From Ramazzottius varieornatus (lineage: Eukaryota; Animalia; Tardigrada), in the NCBI GenBank assembly GCA_001949185.1, contig BDGG01000004.1, positions 769,620-833,619 on the forward strand: a DNA stretch of 64,000 nucleotides, in the 5' to 3' direction. A program made the position numbers and the translations under genes. Below, in pieces: positions 51,756 to 64,000 of this stretch (position 1 is the stretch's first letter; each line of letters opens with the position of its first letter). Under the pieces are notes generated by a model. That model had not been told where the DNA came from, made no database searches, and was given only the letters and a program-made list of their open reading frames with translations.

Positions 51756-54700
51756 TTATCTGCTCGTGTCAACGAGCCAATACGTCTTTATCATCAAGGT
51801 CCCCTGCGAAACCATGTGTTGCACAGTCATTCCATGACATACTACACCTGACGTTTAGTCTCACTACCTTGACACTGACTACACCCGCAGAAGAAATTTG
51901 GAGTAGTTGGACAGCATAACCTTTGTTGTTTCGCTGCACGGGGTTTACCACCTATAAGCGCAAATCCAATCACGATACATAAAACTGACACCACAAAAAA
52001 ATCCAGAAAGAAGGTGAGGTTTACCTTCGCCAGAAGACTCCATTATGCTCGCTATGTTGAAAGCCTCTCCGAAACTAGGGGGAAAAATGCCAATTACTAG
52101 AACGTAACGACCAGACAACATTAGGATAAAGCCAGTTTACATGAAATATCGAGGTACTTTACTCCCGATTACACCAGCGACCAATGGACCTGCAAGAGAA
52201 CTCAAACCTTTGCGCATCCTTCTCATCATTGCCGAGGCTACCCGAGCTGTTCGCTTACCGGTATGTATACCCGTTTGTAATCTGAGCTGCTCAACTGCTT
52301 TCTCGATCTGGCTTCCCGAATTCATCTTGCTGACTTCTTTGCGTAGACTGAGCGCCAGATTGGCAATTTCGATGGCGTGACGTGAGCCATTCGCTACAGG
52401 TACACCGCTGGCAATCTGCAAGAACATCAAGCAGATCGATCTAACATCCGACACCTTCTTCTTCACCGAACTCGGGGATTGCCAAATATCTGTGATGTAC
52501 TGTCCGAACTTTGAAAACGTCATGCTGAGCAACAGTTTCATCACAGACGCTGTGTAGCTGGTTCAACTTTGAGACTACAGTATGCGCCGGACTCTGATGA
52601 ACGAAAGTATGGAAACCTCGCAGAGTGTTAAAGCACACAGTGGCGCTGTCAAACGTTTCCTGAAACAAGAAAGGACACGTGTTTGAGCTGCACCCTGCGT
52701 TTTCGCGTTGGCCATCAAAAACTGAGGTTGTCGCTCGTTTAGCGAACAGAACATTTTACCGGTGAGACAGTCTTTCGATCCAAAAATGGCTTCCGCGATT
52801 GTTCTGGAAGAGTTACAAAGATGATAGCTATCGTGGAAAACCGTGAAAAAATTTACTCACGGTGGTAGTAAATGGGAAAGCAAATTGAACGTGCGCTGCC
52901 GCTCCTGTAGGTAGTGCTGAGTTTGGTCCAGCACCTACGGATGAGAAATACAACTTGTAAGTCCCCGAGCGCCGCATTCCGCATTGCCATCTATATCGCC
53001 CATCCGCAAACCTGCTGTTCCAGATTTGCTGAGTTCTTTTCCATTTGGCGAATGAGATGCTCAACCAAATCGCGGCCACCGTCACCACTCCCGAGTACCT
53101 GCGCAAGACTAACACGAATACGAGAGAAAGCTGGACGCAGAGTAGGGTTCTCGTCCCAGCACTCCTCGATCAAGTCGCGCAGTGCCATAGGACAGTCGCG
53201 CACGCCCAGTGGTGGTCGTAGTACCGGTACCGCACTTCGCAACACCTGTAAAACACCCGATCAGGGTTTCTATCCTCCGAGTCATGTACCGCTGCAATTG
53301 GGACCTCAGGTTTACAATTTCTACCTCCACCACTATCTCCCGACACCGATCCTTCTCCTGCGCTTCTGCCTCCTCGGAGAACCCTTGGGTATCCTGGGTA
53401 CGAGACGGGTAAGGCTCGGATAAGAGGACGATTTGTCGAGCGATGATGGCAAAGCTATAAACATCCCCTATAACAAAGAGAACCTTCAACTGAGACGGCT
53501 GAAGCCAGATCAGGAAGTCCCGAGACAGAGTTGTTGGAAACGCTTGATCCTTACCCTTTTTTGTACCGCAAAGTGGCATACGGTGACGTAGAAGCTCCGG
53601 CGCACGCCACAACAGCGAATAATAGTTACGGCCTTCTTGCTCAGCGTAGACCTGTTCGAGCTCTTCTTCAAGGCGAAGAGATGGAAACCCGTATCCTTTT
53701 ATCTTCAGTACGAAACGACTATCGACCCGACATGTAGTATCGCTGAGGAACCCATGCGACCGCATCCGCGAAGCATGCAGGAATATCATACCCTAAAAAG
53801 ATTGGATTGCGTCAGTAAGACAGATTGGAAGCCGGCAGCGAAATGTACAAAGTCATCACAAGTAGCGCACGTTTCCTTTATTATTGGCTTGACATGTGCG
53901 CCACTTCGGGTGACGACTTTGTGCTTTGCGCTTGGCAGCCTCTCAAACAACGAGGAGCAAGGTCTTACTTTGCTCAGCGTACAACTTTGCTCACGCACGT
54001 CACGTCTACGTCACAAAGCCTAGAAAGCCTTTGCATAGCTCGAGACGTATGGTGAGCACAGTAAGACCTTGCTTCTCGTAGACCAAGAGTCAAATTCTTG
54101 TACGTTGCACAAGTCCGCAATCAGCGAGCTTTTGAACGTCCATTCCAAAGTTTTCGAGTCACGTTGGATGAAGGTCTTCAAGCTACCTCGTTGGCAACAT
54201 TCCGCGACGAGATACTTGCATTCATTTGCATCGTTGACGGCAATACCTATGAACTTCTGAACGTTCGGGTGGAAAAGCGACCGGAGCTGCAAAACAGCGA
54301 TCACTGTAGTATCGTATCATATTTTGATATTCAAGACCGGCATTCGAGGCACTGTGCTGACTAGTGCGTCCGAGAAAAAGGAACGTACCGGAAGTGCTTC
54401 GTCAGCGATAGTATGGGAAGTCCTGTGATGAGGTTCCGCATACTCGAACAAAGACAACGCATTTTTTTAACGGATAACGAAGCCAAGCTTTACTTTTGGA
54501 GCCTTTTGTATGCAAAATAAGCTCCGGCCGATAGCGAGATTGTAGGGACCAAGATAGCTGCGGCCAGCTGGGATGAAGTCATCCGGAAAGGGTGGGGTAG
54601 ACATGCTGGGTTTTCGTTCCTAAAGCCACAGTGCGGACTGTTAGGTGGCACCCTGCCACGCCCAAACCAGTCGATACTGCCAACTTTCGTTGGCAGTATC

Positions 54701-57360
54701 TGCCGGAAAACTGAGGAATTCCTGAAAAAATTCTCCTCACACTTTCGGACTTCAGAAAAAAAAAGAAAGATCGGCAAGCAATTTCAGAATGATCGTTATC
54801 ACAAGTGGCGCATGTTTCCAGCCACTAGTTACGAAGACTGTGCGACTTGACATAAGCCAGTCTCCCAACTAACATGGTCACCTCAAATTCGCCACGAAAA
54901 GGATTGAATGAGAGCAAAGCGTAATCCAGAAGGCGGTCGCTGTTTTTGTTGAAGTGCACCGGTCCCGTTACTGGGCTGACAAAGGTAAAGTTCATTACAT
55001 GTTGCGTAAAGCTCAAATCCGACGTGTAGCCGCCTCATCGCGTACATTCGGCTGACGATGGTGGCGTAAAGGGTTACGGACTCGTAAAAATGGATCACGA
55101 TCGGATCAACATGCCGCTGGAAAAAAAAACATTTTAACTTCCTTTGTTGTACTGTACTCACAGTAAGTACTTCAGGCACCTGTTGAAACTCGCTGAAGGT
55201 GAAGTTGTATCTTTCGCGCGACTGCTTGAGTACTTCCGACCAGAAGGCTTGAGTGTTGTCCGCAGTGGTGCTGGCAGTGATTTCCAATCCAAACACCATC
55301 AAAGACCGGAATGCTTGTCGTGCCACCTGTACATTCAAAGGGTCGAAATTTGTGCCTTCGTATACAGGGTATTGATACGTGAGTTCGTCCAATCGATGAG
55401 GATATTTTCTACCTCATCATCAGGTGAATCCCGGTACCACGTGAAATTACCCCATACTGGACTTGGATACAGGTTAACCGCTAAGAAAACCTAAACATCA
55501 AACCAAACCTGTTAAACCTGTACTTAACACCCTGATTACCAGCGTACTCATTGGGAGTACAATACGGCACTTTTTCGCTCCCCATAATTTCCATTTTGCC
55601 GGGTTTGAATCAAGCCTGTTTTCATTGCCTGGTCTGCGGTCTTATCACCGAAACGCAGCTGATGACCACTGGCCAGTACAACCTCCGCAGGCTGGAAAAA
55701 ATCCTTACGATTTCGGGCAGTTTCGGGAGTATTTTAGGCTTCCTGTCTTTGCTTGAGATACATAACTACCATCTGTTTAGAAAAAAATATGGAACACTGA
55801 GGAGAGCTTCCTCTACCGATTCTAGGCTTGGGACAAACTTGGTGTCATTGGTGCGTCCAGAAAAAATCAGAACTGCCAGGGCTACTTTTCCCACGTTGGC
55901 CTTTACGGCCTGCTAATCTCCACAATTCGAAATTCTGAAAGTTGTCTATTGGTTAATCTGGGCCACGCCTTCCAATTTCCTCCAGTTAAAGTTCTGTGCT
56001 CACTGTGATTACGCTGGTAATCTGCCGACACAAAAAGCTTGGTATTCAGGGTGTTAGCTTCAAACAGAAGCTAGCAACTTACGCAACCGCCGTTGACCAT
56101 CCCCAACTCGCTGGCCACAATCTGTGCGCAAAATGCTTACTTGCGCGAAATCTAGGTCCAGGTATACAGAAAAAGGTTCATTGTCGATGTGCTCACCATG
56201 ATTTTTCGTTGGCTGGGAAGTAGGGTAGGACTTCGGCGTGCTCCCGTAATGTGATCTCCAGCAGCAGACCCATTTGTTGATAGAAGCCCACTGATTGATC
56301 CACAAGGAATACCGGAGACGTGTAGTTAAAGGCCAGAAGATACTTGAGCACCATATCGGCAAATGCTGTATAGGCGAATGAGGTCCTTGTAATATCTGAG
56401 ATTATGAGGCACTACTTTGGTTGCACAGCTCAGACGGAAGAGCCATCGCAATTAACTGTTTGTTGATGGTCAGAACTTACCGGTATACTCCCAGCTTGCA
56501 GCGGACTGACCGACTCCAGCTGCTGGACAGCCGATAATCGGGATATCCCAGATACTGGCTAAGTCGCTCAGTATTTCGGCAGCGGTTCCACAGCCTTCAA
56601 CAACATTAACTTGCAATATCATTACCGACGCTGTTCAAACGGATGAACAGGAGCCCGACAAATAGATACGACCAGATCGTTTTCCAAAGTAGCGCATGCC
56701 AACAGCCAGTATTACTGATAAGGTGCGCTACATGAAAAAACAATCTGATCGATTTTGTTGTCCGAGCTCCCGAATATTATCGATCGATTTTATTCCAGGG
56801 CCGATCCTACTGTATGTGGTTTCACAGGACCAAACAGCTGCCATTCTGACCTTGTAATATTTATTATGTAACAAAACAGGCCATGGGAACTTACCAGGTC
56901 CGATGCAGACTGAGCAGGTGATGTTGTCTGCTCGTAGGGTCAAAGCGTTTCCCACAACTTGGGTCTTCGCTGCAACACGATTTAGTCAAGAACTCTTTTT
57001 GCCGAGAACGGAAATTTTTGGGAGCAGTAAGGCCGAAATCCCACTCACTGTTGCATACGTTTCCGTTATCCCGATAGACACTAAAAAAAAGTTGCCTCCC
57101 TGAAGAAATTTTCTTGTTCACTTTTCCGGCGTTTTTGCCTTTACTAACCTGGTCAAGCGAAAACCAGCAGGCATGATATTATCGTTGGCATGTTCCATAG
57201 CCATGTCCAAAGCAGCAGCGGCTTTGTTGTAATCGTAAATCATCCCGGTGCCATTCCGTTCGATCAAGTAGCACATTGTCAGTACTTGCGCCGCATTTCC
57301 GGACATCGCACGACAGCCGTACATAAAAAGGGCCAACACCGAACTCCTCGAAGGATGCAT
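51756..57360 (-). pseudogene. Receptor-type guanylyl cyclase (natriuretic-peptide-receptor-like), catalytically degenerate and frameshifted
   Basis: Signal peptide and ANF-receptor-like ectodomain (YNKAAAALDMAMEHAN; GPVHFNKNSDRLLDY), juxtamembrane PPNSPHCGFRNENPAC, a TM segment, kinase-homology domain (HPNVQKFIG, HGFLSDTTCRVDSRFVLKI, LLWRAPELLR, DVYSFAII, CWDENPTLRP) and cyclase domain (TGIHTGPLVAGVIGSKVPRY, MESSGE, KTYWL). Frameshift near 55030. Confidence 0.8.
56648..56772. repeat. GTGGCGCAC-family palindrome in guanylyl cyclase intron
   Basis: GGAGCCCGACAAATAGATACGACCAGATCGTTTTCCAAAGTAGCGCA...TGCGCTAC...ATCTGATCG...TGTCCGAGCTCCC. Confidence 0.75.
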
Positions 57361-57949
57361 CTTCCATCCTTTACTCGAGAGACAACGTGAAACCGTGGTG
57401 TCAAAACTCTAGAGCTCTCCGAAGCAGCGCTCTTTGGGTATTTTATCCAGAGGTTTTCCGACGGCGAAGCTGCGAGAACGATGCCCGAGAACCAGAACAG
57501 ACTTCGGGCAATCAAGACTGATGTCTGTCTACTGGCTATACTGGCATTCATGTTCGTAGACGCATTCTTCTCCGCCAGACATGAAAGATTGACCAGCGGC
57601 GCTATCGATCGACGTAGGTACAAAGGAAAAACATCAATGGAACGAGCCACGGAAATCCTGCTATAAAACACATCCTGTAACACTCCCATTTGACTGCCTC
57701 GTTAAAGTCCTGATGGCTGAAGTAAATCTTGGGTTATAATCATGGTTTGCCACTAGGTACTTCCATTCTATCCATATACTGGCCGTGCTCAACAGGCCCA
57801 AGTCAACTGGGGGTTTCTCAAGTGTTATTCTTACGTTTCGTACTCTCAAACGGAAGTTTGGGTATTTCCATCCTTCTTGTTACGAAATTCTGTAATTATT
57901 TGCTAAAAATCAAATCACTGGCTAACAGTTCTTCGCGGAAGTGCGCATC

Positions 57950-59284
57950 TTAGGGATGGCTAGCAATAACGTTGAAGAAATGATAGACTTCTTCATGGTC
58001 GTACACGCCCAATTCAGTCTGGCATTCTTTACACCTGACAGGGTGGAACAGGTTACCTTGTTCTTCGGAAGAGCTTCCGTGGTCCTTGACCGTCGGTTTC
58101 TTCGACTTCTTATACACCAGCGTCTTTGCCATGTCCACATAGCAGTTCAAGACGAACATGGCACGATACTGCTGTTTGTAGATTTCATGTCTACAATAAC
58201 CACAACATATAAAACCGATCCACATTGAATATTTCATCATTCTTCTCCAAACTTACCTCTGGCAGTCGTCGCAGATGGAGATCATACAGCATGGACAGTT
58301 CAGGACTGCATCCGTATGGGTGCCACTCTCCTCGTCACTCTTTTTCGATCTTGTCTTGTTTTTTGGCCCTCCGCCTTTATGATCTTTCGTCTCACTCTTC
58401 TTCTGGTTCATGTTGCCCGTTCTCGACTGTGGCGATGCCTTAGTTCGCTGCTGGCGTTGCTCGTCCACCCAAGCTTGGTCTTCTTCGTCCATGTGTGGGT
58501 CGTAGAAGAGATCCGTGTTCCTCATCACGGGATGTGGCTTCTTCTTGCCCTTCGCTCCACTCTCAGGAAAACCTGAGATCAAAAAAGCAATACGTACCAC
58601 AAAGAATACAAAAAAGTCCGATGTGATCAACTTGTCCACTTCCGGTTTGTCATAACGCATGTTTACCTTCTGTATTCTTCGATTTTTGTGCGTCACTTCC
58701 CCCTTCATCCATTCCATCGTCATCGCTGTCAAAGTAGGCATCGTCGTAGAACTTGGGTTTCGCTTCGGCGAATTTTACGGATTTCAAAGAGGATTTCTTC
58801 GAGGAACGCTTCGTAGCGCTGCTTGTACTACTCGGATCAGCCGACGCACTGTGTGGAGCTGAATCTTTCTGGTCCGACGGCCCAGAAGGGGATGTTGGCG
58901 ATAGTACGGAAACGGGGCTTTTGAAGAGGTCCACCAGTGCTTTCTGATCTGAGTGTGAGTACGATGGCGGCTCGGTATGTTTGCCTTGTAGCCTGCTTTC
59001 TATTCCGGTGATCGTCTGTTGCAGCTGCATCTCCATGGACTGCTCGAAATCATCCAGATCAGATTCTTCGTCCTCCAGGTCATGATTTCTCGTGTCCAAA
59101 CCTCCAATGTGCCGTAAAGCTCGCTTCATATCGTCATCCGAACTAGAAAAATAGCTTCCCTCCCAGTGTCAGCAATTCACACATTTTTAAAGGCTCAGTC
59201 TTACCTGTCAGAATCGTCATCATGGACGCGTTCAGGTTCGATGTCGCTGCCTTCATCTCCAAGGTCGTAGTCCTGGGCGAACAT
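57950..59284 (-). CDS. EAPP: E2F-associated phosphoprotein
   Basis: DLFYDPHMDEEDQAWV, TDAVLNCPCCMISICDDCQR|HEIYKQQYRAMFVLNC, FHPVRCKECQTELGVYDHEEVYHFFNVIAS. Acidic N-terminal exons. Start ATG 59284 is inferred. Confidence 0.93.
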
Positions 59285-59723
59285 GGTGTCCTGGGACAGT
59301 GCACTAAAGCAGATTCAGCTTGAACAGAGTGTAGAAACCCCCCACAAGAAACCAAAAGAATGCGGATGAACGTCGGAAATTACGGTCACGGAATACTTTC
59401 AGTCGCTTGTTTGACATATAATATACTATGTATGTATGACATCACCGTAATGGGTGTAGTCCGTTAGTGATACAGTACGAGATACAAGCAGACTGAAGCA
59501 GAGAGTCTCTCTGGTGCGTGAACGTCACTACGCCTGCAACACGTGCGTCTCTGGGAAAAACAATTCCGTTGAATTTTTATGCCGAGCCCCCAAATGTACT
59601 CTTTCAAAATAGACCGTTAAAACGAGATAGAAAAGCACGCAAGTGGAGCATAACGACGGGACGACCAGAGGAACGACTGAGAGAACGAGACAAGTTGTAC
59701 CCGATGTAAATCATACTGTTATT

Positions 59724-60356
59724 TCACCGACTTGGCGCAGGTGTGAAAGGATTGTTATCTTTGAGGTACCAGCACGAACCATATTCTTCTTCCAAGTCGT
59801 ACAGTTCTGTCTGCATTTCAGTGTAGACGTTCATCATTCTTTTCTGAATTTCTTTTGTTTCTGCCGTTGCCTTTTCGCGAGCACGCTGGACAGTTTGACT
59901 GATGAAGGGAAAATCGTTGAGGAAAAACAGCTTCTTCAGCTCCTCATTTAAATTCATCAGCGATTCCGCACACCGAATCTACGGTGATACAATCAATAAT
60001 AAGACTGCAGTTTTATTCAAAGTCCACGTATAAATGAGTGAATCATGGAGAAGTAGATACCATATTCGACGCTCTGACAGACATTTCCAGGTGATCCTGC
60101 TCAGCTGTTTGAGCTCTGACCGGCGCACTCCTGTCATCATCCACCTAAAACGAATTCAGCTTAACAGCAAGACAAACACACACTTCCCTTTCACTGACAT
60201 GTTTAGGCTTTCACAGTAGCCACCTGCCTTCATCAATTTGAGGATTTCCATCATGTTACTCAAGATACTCTGGACATCATCTTTCTGCTTCTTGCCAAGT
60301 GCTTTGATCATGCTGTCCGCTTTGGTAGTAGGTACTGGTGCTGAACGACCCGCCAT
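59724..60356 (-). CDS. MED22: Mediator subunit 22
   Basis: Exons 60356-60228, 60144-60061, 59978-59724 encode KDDVQSILSNMMEILKLMK|...EQDHLEMSVRASNM|IRCAESLMNLNEELKKLFFLNDFPFI...LYDLEEEY, matching MED22 motifs (RAANIVRAGESL, LILNDF, LYDLEEEY). Confidence 0.9.
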
Positions 60357-61479
60357 ACTTCTTCTGGGGTGATTTCGACTTGGGGAAGAAAACAGGAAGT
60401 CGGACGTCCGCCTGAACTTTGAAGATGATTTTGTTTCGTCTCACAAGTCACATGTCTGCTTTTACTGTAGTACGACGTTTCCGCACCTCGTAAATTACAA
60501 GTCGTAACAAGCCGGGCTCCGCCACTGGTACGACGTCCGCCACGAATAATCGAAGACGCGAGCCCCAAAGGCACTTTAAGTCCTTGATTCGCACCTAGAA
60601 CAAACCAGAGACGCTGGTGACTTGGGATCCTGGAGAGAAAACATGGAGAGCACTGATGTGCTGCTAAAGCGCGCGTTGCTGGAAGGAAAGACACCGTAAA
60701 GTATCCTTAACGTCATGCGTCAAAACATAATGCAGGGCAGATTAGTCATAGCGTAATCATTCTGTGACGTATAAGATTGTTAATTTCACCGAAAAGTAAG
60801 ATCATTCAATCAACCTCCACCGCATCTTGAGTATAAAAAGAAACAAAACCACACTTCGGTTGATTGACTGCACCCGTTAGCTCAGTATTTGAAAAAAGCA
60901 CTTCTGCCGGGATTCGATGCCAAAGTTTCCTATATATAAGACCTGGCTTCAGTAAATTTATGGCCTACCATTTTAATTTTGCGCGTTTTGGCTTGCTATT
61001 CTCCGATAGACGCGCGCTTCAGCAGCACACCAGTGATGGAGAGCTGACTTTGTCGTAGTTTTTGTTAAAGAATGAAGATTCCATTTTGTTCTTACTGCGT
61101 GCCCAATCAAAACGAGATCAGTTGATTGTAGAGGAAATCCCACGTATGAACCTGCATGAGCCACATTTGTACGCGACCGAGTAGAAAGCTCTTTTTCACA
61201 CCATTACAGCCTCGCTGGAATATGACGCAGTCAACAGCTTTTTAATAATTCGGGAACAGTTACACGCATCTTCCCATTCTGCAAGCACTTTATTCTCGGA
61301 TTGTTTTTCTTCTGCCTTCTCGTCTCCACGAATCTCGATCCAAACTTCGGAAGAGTCAGCTGCTTAGTCTCAAGGCTCAACCATTCACTAGAACTACTCG
61401 CAAAACAGTCGGCAGCGCCAAGGATTGGAGGGGAATCCTGCTGGTACGGGTGAAGGATTCGCGAAGTAGAGTACTGAAA

Positions 61480-63130
61480 ATGGATGCACCGTCATCTGGA
61501 TGGGAACGTAAGCATTTTTTAAGCGGATGTCTACTTTCTACTCTAGCAGTAATAAACATGAGCGTTATGTTGTTCTTTAGCGATAGACGGACCCGCCAGA
61601 GCACCAGCCACGTCTGCCAAAGCGAAATCCACGAAGAAACACCGCTCGCACCATCATCACCAATCTGATCCCGATGTATCCAATGTCGCCGCTCCTGGCT
61701 TTCCAGTCACCGGTTCTACTCAACCGTATCTACCCGGGCAATATAACGCTTCGCCGATGATACCTCAAGGACCCGGACAGATGAACTATGGCGGTCCGCA
61801 GATGGCTGGACCTAACCAGTTCCGTAAGTCAAATCTGTTAGTCTGATCACGGCGAATAACGTCACGTTTGGTTTATTGATGCTGTTGGATAGCTGAGGAT
61901 TTGTGACGTCGTGCGGATCGTTTCCGGCAGTGAAGTTTTCTGGCTTGCAGTATGTATCTTACATTCTTACTGTCTTTCCTTATCCGCAGAGAACTACTAT
62001 CCTGGTGCCGCGCCACAGTTCGGTATGCAGAATGGACCGGGCAACACTTTCAGTATGGGCACGTTTCCCGGAGCATTTCAAGGTGCGCCAGCGTATTTTG
62101 CTGATCCTTTGGCCAACGTGGCCGTCGCATATGGACAATCTCTGGCCGGCCAGGGCAAAGAAATCGTTAACCAAAACGTAAGCGTTTGAAGAGCTTCATT
62201 CATCACATTAAAGTTATCTGTAACCTTATGTATGCTTTCTTGCAGCTAGAGAAATGGTTTTCGGTGTCGACATTAAAGTTTTACTTTGCCGTGGACACAA
62301 AGTACGTCGCCCGGAAGTTGATGGTACTCTTCCTTCCTTTTGTCATTCGGGACTGGTCCATCCGTTTTCCACCTAGTCAGTGCGTAGCACCACGAGAAGA
62401 GCCTAATGCGCCTGATCTGTATGTGCCATCCATGGCGTTCGTTACGTACATCTTGGCAAGCGGGGTCTTGCTAGGTCTCTCAAATAAGTAAGTGTCCCTT
62501 TCGCATGTTCTCGAATAATGGCTTGTCGAAAAGCGATTTTTTCTCCAGGTTCACACCGGAACACCTTGGAGCACAAGCCAGCGAGAATCTAGCTTGGCTG
62601 ATCGTGGAGATTCTCGCTGTACTCATAACATTTTACATAACGAACATCTCGTCGAACCTACGGTTTCTCCATCTTCTCGCTTTCACGGGTTACAAATACG
62701 CAGGGTAGGTCTGATGGATGTTTTTTCGGACGACGTGCCGATATTTTTAATACCGCGTTGTGGCGCATCTTTTGCCGATTTTTCCAGGATGGTTCTATGC
62801 GTGGTAGCTACCATGTTTATGGGTCGGTGGGGGTATCGGATGGCCATGCTTTACGCTTCGCTTTCAATCGTATGGTTTTTTGTAAGTCGAGTTCTTTTTT
62901 ATTTCTTGGTCTGGATAGTCATGACTGGTTCCTTTTGCTTGTAGTTGCGCTCACTCAAAGTTTACATTCTACCGGAAGTGACTCAGGCGGACAACGGAGA
63001 TAGTGGAGGATACAAAAGACGGCTTTGGGCCTTGCTGTTCATAACAGCTCTCCAGCCTGTTATGATGTGGTTGATAACAAGGCATATCCCGTCCTACTCA
63101 GATTTACCCGTTCTGAACACGACAACCTAG
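61480..63130 (+). CDS. YIF1: YIF1 (Yip1-interacting factor, ER-Golgi membrane protein)
   Basis: Spliced: MDAPSSGWE..., DPLANVAVAYGQSLAGQGKEIV, LKFYFAVDTKYVARKLMVLFLPF, PREEPNAPDLYVPSMAFVTYIL, RFTPEHLG, LLAFTGYKYAG, LRSLK, QPVMMWL. Confidence 0.95.
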
Positions 63131-63748
63131 TCTCCTGTCGGCGCTTTATCCTTTCATCAAGAACCTTTTATAGACCTGTATGTAAACTTGTACGTACGAC
63201 GACTGTCCATAGTTATACGTACCTGACATGTCACAACTATTTATATTTCACGACTGCATTGCTCACTTTGTCTCGTTGTCGCCCCTTTTTTTGTGCGCCT
63301 CTTGTTTTTCTCGTCGTGCGTACACTCCATGCAAAGTTCTCGGTTTCCGTCTGGACAAAAATGTACATGCACTGTAGTTCGAGTGAATGGCGTATTCTTT
63401 CCTCAGCTTGAAAACTGAACAAGCAAATAAAACGACAAGTTCATGGACGAATTCTGTTGTTTCTGAATGCTCTATTACGTTATAGGGACTTTGCACGGAT
63501 AGAAATTAGATAAGCAAAGCAAACACCGTACGTAATTTTCCACAGAGCAGAACGGCCAGGTTCTCCCAGAAGCTAGCAAGTACAGCACTGCACTGCGTAA
63601 AGAGCCACTATACTGCTCCCCACAAAGCTTCTTGTCAGAGGGTTCCGAAGAACGTTGAAACAACCATTTTAAGGTTAGTTAACACAGACACGTAAGTCGT
63701 TCGCACGTCAAAAGGATCATGAATATGAACAACAATACTACGTGGTGT

Positions 63749-64000
63749 TCACTGCGGCGCGGGTGCGCCAAAACCAAACATGCCCCCACCACCACTATTT
63801 CCTTCGGTCTGAAATAACCTTGGATCTCTTTGCTGTTCTTCGAGTGGCGATATGGGCTTGAACTGTTCTGAAGATATCCGTGAGAAAAGAATACCGACAC
63901 CCTCAATCATGGCTAGAAGAACCCCACCGATAACGGCAGATCCTACCATGGCCGGAACACCTTGTCGGACGGCGAGGATGGCACCCGTCAAAGCCCCAGA
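63749..64000 (-). CDS. TIMM17: Mitochondrial import inner membrane translocase TIM17, 3' part (runs off window)
   Basis: [41 protein letters not shown] followed by a stop at 63749. Confidence 0.93.
   Translation of the reverse strand, partial: SGALTGAILAVRQGVPAMVGSAVIGGVLLAMIEGVGILFSRISSEQFKPISPLEEQQRDPRLFQTEGNSGGGGMFGFGAPAPQ

Noticed and set aside
5428-56772. Recurring palindromic repeat as a CRISPR-like or attC-like array
   Set aside because: Copies are dispersed in eukaryotic introns, not regularly spaced, and no cas or integrase gene is present.
1-64000. tRNA, rRNA, snRNA or horizontally acquired bacterial genes
   Set aside because: I recognised none by eye; all identified genes are intron-containing animal genes. 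A tRNAscan/Infernal run would be needed to exclude small RNAs.

Overview
Eukaryotic, intron-rich animal genomic DNA with short GT-AG introns. A compact protostome genome such as a tardigrade is plausible but is only my inference. Gene order: alpha-actinin (+), leucokinin-receptor-like GPCR (-), Mask/ANKHD1 ankyrin-KH gene (-), a transposon cluster (hAT MITE, Tc4/Tc5-type pogo element with 171-bp TIRs, Harbinger-like relic), a very divergent MTA/NuRD subunit (+), goosecoid (-, apparently frameshifted), a receptor guanylyl cyclase with a dead catalytic site and frameshifts (-), EAPP (-), MED22 (-), YIF1 (+) and the 3' end of TIM17 (-). About 20 copies of a ~125-bp palindromic GTGGCGCAC...GTGCGCCAC element sit in introns and intergenic DNA. 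I found no CRISPR array, rRNA or tRNA and cannot claim a wholly new biological system. The best leads are the palindromic intron element, the Tc4/Tc5-type transposon, the goosecoid frameshift, the pseudo-cyclase, the divergent MTA and the mutually exclusive actinin exons. Exon coordinates were read by eye and may be off by a few bases.
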